NCBI GenBank assembly: GCA_964586925.1
Contig: CAZPJI010000004.1
Location: 1,052-65,051, forward strand
Length of the DNA: 64,000 nt
Reading direction: 5' to 3'
Source of the DNA: an uncultured Gammaproteobacteria bacterium
Lineage (GTDB): Bacteria > Pseudomonadota > Gammaproteobacteria > JAKDMP01
The position numbers and the translations under genes were made by a program. How positions within the stretch are numbered: position 1 is the stretch's first letter; each line of letters starts with the position of its first letter. The notes beneath the pieces are model-generated. The model saw only the letters and a program-made list of their open reading frames with translations. It was not told the DNA's origin and made no database searches. Of this stretch, positions 51,768 to 59,839 are shown piece by piece.

Positions 51768-52148
51768 TTACCGGGGCGGGAATCCGCCACCGCTCAGCTT
51801 GGAGCTTTCCTGCCCGGGGACGACAATGGAGGACGCCTGCTCGCGGCGCAATTCACGCAATTCTTCCATGGTCTGCTCAAGCGCTTCGCGCGCGGCTTCG
51901 GGGTACCGCTCGAGGGCCTCGGAGAAGGTTTCGGCCTTGATTTCGAAACTCAGCGGCAACGTACCCGCCGGGGTCATCAGGCTTGTGGAGCCCTCCCAGA
52001 CCGCCGGCCGGCTGGGATCGTCGGAGCCGTCGGCATGGATCGGCAGCAGTTTGCGCAGAGTTCCCATCCGCCGGTCGGTGTAGGTTTCTTCCCGGTAAAG
52101 ATGTCCGCTGTCCAGGCGGATTTCGGGCATTTCGGTGCTATCGGCCAT
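51768..52148 (-). CDS. Hypothetical protein, probably conserved
   Basis: Good codon usage; LYREETYTDRR.G.LR.L.P, TP.G.LPLSFEI.A and C-terminal helix ending SIVVP. Confidence 0.65.
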   Translation of the reverse strand: MADSTEMPEIRLDSGHLYREETYTDRRMGTLRKLLPIHADGSDDPSRPAVWEGSTSLMTPAGTLPLSFEIKAETFSEALERYPEAAREALEQTMEELRELRREQASSIVVPGQESSKLSGGGFPPR

Positions 52149-52172
52149 GTTTTTTCATCGATCGACTGAATT

Positions 52173-53267
52173 ATGGTTCAGGATAACAGCGCCATTGAGC
52201 TAAAGTCAGCACTCATGGAGGACAAAATGCCCTCGCACGCACCGCAAAGCGCAGCCGTGTGGGAGCCGGACGCGGCGATTCCCAACACGCTGCGCGTGCC
52301 CGCGCGTGCCCGTAGCCTGGTACGCCTGCGGAATGCGGACAACCTGCCGGAAGTCCTGGATGCAGCACAAGCGGCGGGTTTGCCCTTGTTTGTTCTCGGC
52401 GCGGGAAGCAATATTTTATTCGTCGGCGATTTTCCGGGCACCGTCTTGCAGTTGGCAACGCGCGGCATCGAGGAAACGGACCAGGGCCGGATCCGCGTCG
52501 CGGCCGGGGAGTCCTGGGATGGTTTCGTGCGCTGGTCTCTCGAGGCGGGATACGCAGGTCTGGAAAACCTGATCCTGATTCCGGGTACCGTGGGTGCTGC
52601 ACCGGTTCAGAATATTGGCGCCTACGGCGTCGAGTTGTCGGAGTTTGTCTCCAGGGTAGAAGCCTGGGACCGGCAGGCATCGCGGCGCGTGACATTGGGG
52701 CCGGATGACTGTGCCTTTGCGTACCGTGATTCGGTTTTCAAACGCGACGTCGAGCGTTACATTATTACGCACGTCGAGTTGGTGTTGTCCCGGCGACGCG
52801 CCCTGTGTCTGGATTATCAAGGTGTGCAGGAGGCGTTGGAATCCCTGGGCGTGCGCGAGCCCACGGCGTTTGACGTGGCCCGGGCAGTGGAGCGGTTACG
52901 TTTGCGCAAGCTGCCCGACCCTCAAATGATCGCCAACGCGGGCAGCTTTTTCAAAAACCCGGTGGTCAGCGAACAGGAGGCGCAACGCTTGCGTTCACAG
53001 TATCCCGATCTACCCAATTATCCGCAGCCACCGGACGGCGGCGTAAAGTTGTCGGCCGCCTGGTTGATCGAGCAATGCGGGATGAAGGGCGTGCGCCGGG
53101 GCGATGCCGGGTTGTATGCAGGCCATGCCCTGGTATTGGTCAATCATGGGCAGGCGACGGGTCCTGAACTACTGGCCCTGGCCCGGGAGGTGCAGGCGAC
53201 AGTGACCAAGCGCTTCGGGGTGACTTTGCAGCCGGAACCTCGGATCGTGCCGGCGGTATCCTCCTGA
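52173..53267 (+). CDS. murB: UDP-N-acetylenolpyruvoylglucosamine reductase (start may be 52227)
   Basis: LGAGSN.LF, GLENLILIPGTVGAAPVQNIGAYG, FAYRDSVFK, NAGSFFKNP, KLSAAWLIE, HALVLVN, LQPEP. Confidence 0.96.
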   Translation: MVQDNSAIELKSALMEDKMPSHAPQSAAVWEPDAAIPNTLRVPARARSLVRLRNADNLPEVLDAAQAAGLPLFVLGAGSNILFVGDFPGTVLQLATRGIEETDQGRIRVAAGESWDGFVRWSLEAGYAGLENLILIPGTVGAAPVQNIGAYGVELSEFVSRVEAWDRQASRRVTLGPDDCAFAYRDSVFKRDVERYIITHVELVLSRRRALCLDYQGVQEALESLGVREPTAFDVARAVERLRLRKLPDPQMIANAGSFFKNPVVSEQEAQRLRSQYPDLPNYPQPPDGGVKLSAAWLIEQCGMKGVRRGDAGLYAGHALVLVNHGQATGPELLALAREVQATVTKRFGVTLQPEPRIVPAVSS

Positions 53268-54865
53268 TGGAATTGCCGGGCATCATGGACAGTCATCTGA
53301 TCTGCGCCACTTACCGCGTGCAGGGAACGGCTGCGGAAGCGGCCCGGATCGCGCGGGCCGTTATTTACGAGCAAACCGTGGAATTACCCCCGGCGCAGGT
53401 TGCAGGCACTCCTGCCGAGGCGTGCGTTGGACACGTCGAGGCGATTATCCCCGACCCCGAGCAGGGGGGGGCGCAGCGGGTGCACATCGACTTTCCGGTC
53501 GACCTTGCCTGCGGCCAACTGGGTCAGTTATTCAACCTGCTGTATGGAAACATCTCCATGTATCGCGGTATCCGGCTGCTCGATGCCAATTTGCCGGCTT
53601 CGTTGCTGACCGATTGGCATGGCCCACGCTACGGAAGTGACGGCTTGCGCAGATTGACGGGAGTCCATGGCCGGCCGCTTCTGGCTACGGCCGTGAAACC
53701 GCGAGGCCTTCCGCTCGCGGAACTCGCTGCATTGGCGGGAGCCTTTGCGCTGGGCGGCGGGGATGTAGTCAAGGACGATCAAAACCTGGTGCATAGGGAT
53801 TTCGACGGTTTCCGCGCCCACGTCGATGCCTGCGCTGACGCTGTCGACCAGGCCAATGCGGCCACGGGCCGACGCTGCCTCTACCTCCCGCACCTGTCAG
53901 GCCCGGACCCGGAGCTGGAACGCCGCGCAGAGTACATACAGCAACGCGGCCTCGCCGGGGCTCTGCTGTGCCCCCTGGTGCTGGGACTGGATCGTGCCCG
54001 CGCACTGGCCGAACGTTACCAATTGCTGTTCATGGCGCATCCTGCCCTGTCCGGTGCTTACACCAATGGCCAGCAGGAAGGTATTTCGCACGCGGTGTTG
54101 CTGGGTACTTTATTCCGCATGGCTGGTGCGGATATCTCCGTTTTTCCCTCGCCCGGCGGGCGATTCGATGTGAACTACGATGATTGCAAGAGCATCGCAA
54201 CGGCATTGCAAGATCCGTTGGGCGGACTGGCCAGTGCTTTGCCCTCACCTGGCGGCGGCTTGCACACGGAGCAGGTCGAGGATTTGGCCCGGTGTTACGG
54301 CACGGAAGCGGTGTGGTTGCTGGGCGGTTCGCTCCACGGCGCAGCAGGCGGGATCGAAGCAGGCACGCGGCGTTTGCTGGATGCCATGAAAACGCATTTC
54401 GAAGAGCGGCTGGAAGAACCGGAAGCGGCGTGGATGTCAGCCTGTGAATTGCCCGCCAGCGGCGCAAGCGCGGATGTGCGCAAATTATTGCCGGTATCCG
54501 ATGACTTCAATTGGGCGGCGCGTGAAAATCAGCGCTATAAGACCAGCGGGAATTTGCCTTTCCAGGGAGTGCGTAGAGTCGAGTTGGTCGGCAAACAGGG
54601 CGAGCCGTGCAGTTTCGAGTTGCGGTATTTTGAACTGGAGCCCGGCGGCTACACCAGCCTCGAAAAGCATGTGCATACGCATGTATTGATCGGCGCTCGT
54701 GGCGAGGGCCTCGTGATCATGGACGAGGAGCGATTGGCGTTGAAGCCTGACGATATCGCCTACGTTGCGCCCCTGCAGGTTCACCAGCTCCGCAACGAAT
54801 GTGATCAGCCCTTCGGCTTCTACTGCATTGTCGATAAGGACAGGGATCGCCCGATGGCGCCTTGA
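53267..54865 (+). CDS. RuBisCO-like protein (form IV) fused to C-terminal cupin
   Basis: EQTVE, GPRYG..GLR, RPLL.T.VKP.G, GGGDVVKDDQ, LFRMAGAD...FP..GGRF, P.PGGG; cupin YFELEPGGYTSLEKHVHTH...LRN...PFGFYCIVD..RDRP. Confidence 0.88.
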   Translation: MELPGIMDSHLICATYRVQGTAAEAARIARAVIYEQTVELPPAQVAGTPAEACVGHVEAIIPDPEQGGAQRVHIDFPVDLACGQLGQLFNLLYGNISMYRGIRLLDANLPASLLTDWHGPRYGSDGLRRLTGVHGRPLLATAVKPRGLPLAELAALAGAFALGGGDVVKDDQNLVHRDFDGFRAHVDACADAVDQANAATGRRCLYLPHLSGPDPELERRAEYIQQRGLAGALLCPLVLGLDRARALAERYQLLFMAHPALSGAYTNGQQEGISHAVLLGTLFRMAGADISVFPSPGGRFDVNYDDCKSIATALQDPLGGLASALPSPGGGLHTEQVEDLARCYGTEAVWLLGGSLHGAAGGIEAGTRRLLDAMKTHFEERLEEPEAAWMSACELPASGASADVRKLLPVSDDFNWAARENQRYKTSGNLPFQGVRRVELVGKQGEPCSFELRYFELEPGGYTSLEKHVHTHVLIGARGEGLVIMDEERLALKPDDIAYVAPLQVHQLRNECDQPFGFYCIVDKDRDRPMAP

Positions 54866-54917
54866 GGTGAAGCGGCGGCGGACTGATTTTTTATCCCGCG
54901 TTTTCTATACTGGGGCC

Positions 54918-56069
54918 ATGAGAAACAAGCGCAAAGCGGTATCGGTCGGCCGGCTCGCCCGGCAATCACGTGTGGCCTTCGTACGCTCCTCACGCCGGCT
55001 GTTGGGTACCTACCACCGCCCCGGTACGGCACCGGGGACACTGGAATACAGGGTGGAACCGGGTGAACCGCCACGGCCGCCGGCCCGCCTCACCCTATAC
55101 CGCTTTGACGCCGAGCGCGTGGAGGAACAGGTCGACGCGACGGTCGACGACTGCAAGCCCTCGGCCAAGCCGGGCGAAGTAACCTGGTTGCAGGTGGAAG
55201 GCGCCCCGACCCCCGAGTTGATGGCCGAGCTGGGCCTGGCTTTCGATCTGCACCCCCTGGCCATGGAGGATGTCATGGGTCATGGGCAAAGGAGCAAGTT
55301 CGAGGCCTATGAGAGCCAGTATTTCGTGGTACTCAACAAACCCCGCCGGGACGCGGAGGGTGCCTTACATACTTCCCAGTGCAGTTTTTTCCTGGGAGCA
55401 AACTACGTCATCTCCTTTGACGAGAGCGACGGCGATACCTTTGCACCGATCAAGGCGCGGCTGCAAACCAAGCGAATGTTTCGCGAGCGCGGCGCCGATT
55501 ACCTGTTTTACTCACTCCTCGACGTGGTGATCGACGAAGGATTTCCGCTGTTGGAGGATTTCGGCGAACGCATGGATGTGCTGGAAGCAGACGTGCTCGA
55601 GGCGCCCACCCGGGAGTTACGCAACCAGATTCATTACATGAAACAGGAACTGGTGGAGCTGCGCCGTGCCTGGTGGCCACAGCGCGACGTAATCAATACC
55701 CTGCTGCGTGATGGCGAGCAGATGATCAGCGAAACCACGCGCCTGTACCTGCGTGATACCTATGATCATTGCGCTCGCATCATCGATCTCGTGGAGATGT
55801 ATCGGGAAATGGCTTCGAGCCTTCTCGACACCTACCTGTCGAGCGTCAGCCAGCGCATGAACGATATCATGAAAGTGCTGACCATCATTGCCACGATATT
55901 CATGCCGCTCACCTTCATAGTGGGCGTCTATGGTATGAACTTCGATACCGCGAGCCCCTGGAACATGCCCGAGCTGCATTGGCGCTACGGCTATTTCTAT
56001 GCGCTGGGCGTCATGCTCGTAATCGCCGTTGCCATGCTGGCGTATTTCCGCCGCAAGCGCTGGCTGTGA
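54918..56069 (+). CDS. corA: CorA Mg/Co transporter
   Basis: PGTAPGTL, LHPLAMED...QR.K.E, GADYLFY.LLD, SQRMN.IMKVLT, YGMNF, MPEL.W.YGY. Confidence 0.95.
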   Translation: MRNKRKAVSVGRLARQSRVAFVRSSRRLLGTYHRPGTAPGTLEYRVEPGEPPRPPARLTLYRFDAERVEEQVDATVDDCKPSAKPGEVTWLQVEGAPTPELMAELGLAFDLHPLAMEDVMGHGQRSKFEAYESQYFVVLNKPRRDAEGALHTSQCSFFLGANYVISFDESDGDTFAPIKARLQTKRMFRERGADYLFYSLLDVVIDEGFPLLEDFGERMDVLEADVLEAPTRELRNQIHYMKQELVELRRAWWPQRDVINTLLRDGEQMISETTRLYLRDTYDHCARIIDLVEMYREMASSLLDTYLSSVSQRMNDIMKVLTIIATIFMPLTFIVGVYGMNFDTASPWNMPELHWRYGYFYALGVMLVIAVAMLAYFRRKRWL

Positions 56070-56467
56070 ACCCGACGCGCGCCAGCCTGGCGCGTGCCTA
56101 CGAGAGCGCGGTGTATGTCGCGGAACTCCCCGCTGGACGGGTTGAGTTCCGTCTTCACGCCAGACACCGGGGGCGGCCACCGGGCAGTCCCCTGGCCATC
56201 ATAACGGCGTGGAATCCGGGCGTTGAGCGTCCCTCAGAAACGGCCAACAAGGAGGCCAACCTGCGCTTGGAGAGTGCGCTCAAGGAAGCGCGCTGGCCCT
56301 ACTATCCTGCCATTGGCCGCAGCGAAGATGGCTCGCACACGGAACCCTCTTACGCGGTATTGGGCATCGATCCCGCCGCGGCCATGGATCTGGCTCGCAA
56401 CTTCAGGCAAGCCGCCGTTTTTTTCTGGGACGGCAAACAATCGAGACTGCTTTGGTGTGATGAATGA
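56066..56467 (+). CDS. DUF3293-like protein
   Basis: AY....Y, IITAWNP, N..AN..L, EPSY, A..F.Q.A.F; GTG overlapping the corA stop. Confidence 0.75.
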   Translation: MNPTRASLARAYESAVYVAELPAGRVEFRLHARHRGRPPGSPLAIITAWNPGVERPSETANKEANLRLESALKEARWPYYPAIGRSEDGSHTEPSYAVLGIDPAAAMDLARNFRQAAVFFWDGKQSRLLWCDE

Positions 56468-56636
56468 CGGCACTTCAGCCGGATCCAGTGCCTTCGTCCG
56501 GCCGTAAATGGAATAGCTACTGCTGCAATAACCATGCAAAACAAGGCCACGCTTATGGCCACAATCATCAGCATGCCGCAATATTTCTGAATTTGTGCTG
56601 AAGTTCAGAGACAGCCGCAATCGTGTCAAGGTCGCA

Positions 56637-56852
56637 CTATTTCTCTATGCCGTTTAACGAGCGCGCCGCACGCCTCGGCAGGATTGATGGCACGAGATGG
56701 AAAAAGATGCTGCCTGCGAGGTAAAACAGAACCATGAGCACAATGATGCCGTGGGGTATGCCTGTAGCGCCCCGGGCTTCCGGAACGAGACTCATGCCTA
56801 GCATAAGGATAAGTCCGCAAGCTATGAAGCCCATCACGGCAAGGAATTTCAT
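56637..56852 (-). CDS. Small two-TM hypothetical membrane protein
   Basis: 71 aa, two hydrophobic helices, ATG start, no overlap with other genes. Confidence 0.5.
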   Translation of the reverse strand: MKFLAVMGFIACGLILMLGMSLVPEARGATGIPHGIIVLMVLFYLAGSIFFHLVPSILPRRAARSLNGIEK

Positions 56853-57033
56853 CCGTGGCGCGTCTGAGAAAGAGGGCCGGTTATGGCCGCTCCCGGGCTA
56901 GTTGTGGAGTCTTGCACAAAATCCTCCCTGATTTTGTCAGTACCGGTGCACGCAGGAGCGCCGGCTACTGAGAGTATCGTTCTATCGCCCGGGGATCAAG
57001 GCAAAACGGAGGTTCTTGTACAGTTCTTATTGT

Positions 57034-57825
57034 CTATCCCATCGGAATGAAAAGCAGCAGGGCGATGCCGAGCAGGATGCGGTAGATCGCAAACGGTGTG
57101 AAGCGGTGCGTGCGGATATAGCCGAGTAACCATTTCACGGCGATGAAAGCCACAATCAGAGACACTATGAAACCGACGGCAAGCGCGCCCCAATGCGTTT
57201 GCGATACATCGTGGTGATGCACGGTCTTGAACAGTTCGTAACCGGTGGCGGCGTACATGGTCGGTATGCCGACCAGGAACGCAAATTCAGTTGCTGCGGA
57301 GCGGTCGCTGGTGCCGAACAACATGGCAGCGAAGATGGTCGATGCCGAGCGTGAGGTGCCGGGGAAGATACCGGCCACCATCTGGGCAATGCCGACGAGT
57401 ATGGCTACGCGCCAAGTGATCCGCGTGCTTGGTGGTCGACGCGCGGCGATCTGCTCGGCAGCAATCATCCACACGCCGCCGATGATCAGGGCCCAGGCTA
57501 TCGGGCCGATGTTCTTGGGCAGTTTGAAACCGAGTTCTACCGCGACCAGGCCAATAACGGACGTAATCAGGAATGCCACGATGAGCTTGAGGAGATAGTC
57601 GCGGGTCTCGGGCTCGCGCCAGCGGGTCAGGAAATCCCACAGGCGGCGGCGGTAAATCAGCGTGATGGCGAGGATGGCGCCGGCCTGGATGCCTACGTTG
57701 AATAGGTCGGAGCGGGCGCCTAGCCAGTGTTCTGCGATCAGGAGGTGTCCGGTACTGGAAATGGGGAGAAACTCGGTGATGCCCTCGATGATGCCCAGAA
57801 GGACAACGTTGAACAGATCGTGCAT
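57034..57825 (-). CDS. uppP: Undecaprenyl-diphosphate phosphatase
   Basis: LGIIEGITEFLPISSTGHL, IQAGAILA, FPGTSRSASTI, EFAFLVGIP, F..YRI. Confidence 0.95.
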   Translation of the reverse strand: MHDLFNVVLLGIIEGITEFLPISSTGHLLIAEHWLGARSDLFNVGIQAGAILAITLIYRRRLWDFLTRWREPETRDYLLKLIVAFLITSVIGLVAVELGFKLPKNIGPIAWALIIGGVWMIAAEQIAARRPPSTRITWRVAILVGIAQMVAGIFPGTSRSASTIFAAMLFGTSDRSAATEFAFLVGIPTMYAATGYELFKTVHHHDVSQTHWGALAVGFIVSLIVAFIAVKWLLGYIRTHRFTPFAIYRILLGIALLLFIPMG

Positions 57826-58059
57826 GAGCCCCGGCCGCGAACAAAGACAGCAGTGTATACGAAACGTCGTGGCAGGGTGATTTGATGCCGTTCATCAACC
57901 AGCAGAGTGGATGTCATCCAGGCCGGCGGATGCCAAGGACTTGTCGCAGCATTGCTACCGGCATGCAAGCGGTCTAGGTTGCAGGTCCGGCAACGCCGGC
58001 AATGATGATCTCCCCAAGGGTTTCAGCCAATTTCCGTTACGCGGCTTGCGGGCTTGGGT

Positions 58060-59709
58060 TCAGGCCATCTGTGACCGAGAGGCGGAAGGTGTTTTTCGCC
58101 CTTGCCAGTGTGCGATCTTCTCAGCAGGCAACGGTTCGCTAATGGCGAATCCCTGCAGTGCGTCGCAACCTAGGCGCGGGAGGCGGGCCGCCACTTCCGA
58201 ATTCTCCACGCCTTCGGCCGTGACATGCAAATCGAGGGCGTGGGCCAGCTGGATAATGGCGTTGAGCAGTACCTCGCCATCTGTACCGCGTGCCATGTCG
58301 GCGACGAACATGCGGTCTATCTTGATGCTGCTGACAGGCAACCTGCGTAGATAGGCAAGAGAAGAATATCCGGTGCCAAAATCGTCTATGGATGTTTGTA
58401 CGCCGAGTTCCGACAGGCGTGTGATCGTATCGTAGGCACGTTCCTGATCCGTCAGCAATGTAGTTTCTGTCATCTCCAGGGTCAATGCGTTTTTCGGCAG
58501 CTTGAAGGAGGCCAGCATCCCGGAGACGGTATTGGCGAATTCGGGATCGAGCAGACTGGCCGCGGTGACATTGACCGAGACGCTCAGTTCCTTGCCCGCA
58601 TCGTGCCAGTCGGCCATGTCGCGCAGCGCCTCCCTCAGGACCCAGCTGGTGAGTTCGCGGATGAATCCACTGCGTTCCGCGAGAGGGATGAACTCGTCGG
58701 GCAGAAGCATGCCGTAGCGTTCATGCTGCCAGCGGACCAGCGCCTCTACACTTCTCAGTTTCCCGGTATGTGCATCAACGATGGGTTGGTACTGCAACAC
58801 CAGTTCCTTGCGTTGGAGGGCTTGGCGCAGTTCACCCAGCAGGATGAGTCGATGCGGGCTGGATTTGTCCTGCTCCGGCGAATACAGGGCATACCCGCTG
58901 CGGTCCTTCTTGGCCCAGTACATGGCCACTTCCGCGCGCTGCATCAGTGTGTCCGCATCGCGGCCATGGGCGGGGAAGCAGGTGGCGCCGATGCTGGCGG
59001 CCAGCGACAAGCTCAGCCCTTCCAGCGCGTAGGGTGCTTCCAGGGCCTTGCGGATGGCCTTGACGGTGGAGAGGATATCCGCCTCCTTTCTCAGCCGAGG
59101 CAGGATCAGTCCGAATTCGTCGCCGCCGAGGCGGGCCACGGTCACCGAATCGCTGACCGCATTACGGATCCGTGTCGCAACGCTTTTTAATACACGGTCG
59201 CCGCTATGGTGGCCCAGTGAGTCGTTGATTTCCTTGAAGTGGTCCAGATCCAGGAGGAGTATCGCCACTTCAATCTTTTCAGTGTTGGCCAATTGCAGCG
59301 CCTGTTCGAGGCGGTCAACGAAAAGTACTCGATTGGGCAGATCCGTGAGCTGGTCGTGGGTGGACTCGTGCGAGATGCGCTTTTCAAGCGCAACGGTTCG
59401 GCTGCGCAGATCGGTGGTTTGATCCATGACCATAGCGCCGGCTTCGTAAGCGATCACAGTGCTGGTGTATTGTCCCCAGAAGCCGAATATGAAAGGTGTT
59501 GCATCCAGCAACCAAAGCACGGGGTTGGTAGCCTGGGCGTGGATGATGCTGGCAAGCGTCAGTTCATAGTGGTTGCTGAAATAAGCGCTGAGCAGCGTTG
59601 CGACCACAACGGTAATACTGGCAATGATGGTGCCGATGATGGCCTGTTTGGAGACTTTGCTGCGGAGAAGCCGTACATTCTCCTGAAATATTTGTTTTGC
59701 GGTCAGCAT
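58060..59709 (-). CDS. Membrane-anchored diguanylate cyclase/phosphodiesterase
   Basis: HDQLTDLPNR, DLDHFKEIND..GH..GD, RLGGDEF, LQYQP, EALVRW, DDFGTGYSSL, IKID, AEGVE, QGF. Confidence 0.93.
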   Translation of the reverse strand: MLTAKQIFQENVRLLRSKVSKQAIIGTIIASITVVVATLLSAYFSNHYELTLASIIHAQATNPVLWLLDATPFIFGFWGQYTSTVIAYEAGAMVMDQTTDLRSRTVALEKRISHESTHDQLTDLPNRVLFVDRLEQALQLANTEKIEVAILLLDLDHFKEINDSLGHHSGDRVLKSVATRIRNAVSDSVTVARLGGDEFGLILPRLRKEADILSTVKAIRKALEAPYALEGLSLSLAASIGATCFPAHGRDADTLMQRAEVAMYWAKKDRSGYALYSPEQDKSSPHRLILLGELRQALQRKELVLQYQPIVDAHTGKLRSVEALVRWQHERYGMLLPDEFIPLAERSGFIRELTSWVLREALRDMADWHDAGKELSVSVNVTAASLLDPEFANTVSGMLASFKLPKNALTLEMTETTLLTDQERAYDTITRLSELGVQTSIDDFGTGYSSLAYLRRLPVSSIKIDRMFVADMARGTDGEVLLNAIIQLAHALDLHVTAEGVENSEVAARLPRLGCDALQGFAISEPLPAEKIAHWQGRKTPSASRSQMA

Positions 59710-59839
59710 GGCGGGGTTCCCTAGCGAGATACGAAGCTTTTATGTTGTATCCCCTAAGATTAGTCCTTTTGGGCTGATTATGGCAATTCCGGGAGGAGAG
59801 GCCGCAAGGCATCAATACGATATTAGAGGCCGAGTCGAC

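Noticed and set aside
53267-54500. True RuBisCO / CO2 fixation
   Set aside because: KDDQ rather than KDDE, a divergent sequence, a fused cupin and no cbbS/prk nearby indicate form IV RLP.
57826-58059. Structured RNA or c-di-GMP riboswitch between the GGDEF-EAL gene and uppP (also 59710-59839)
   Set aside because: No GEMM or other riboswitch consensus and no convincing stems seen by eye; an Infernal/Rfam scan would be decisive.
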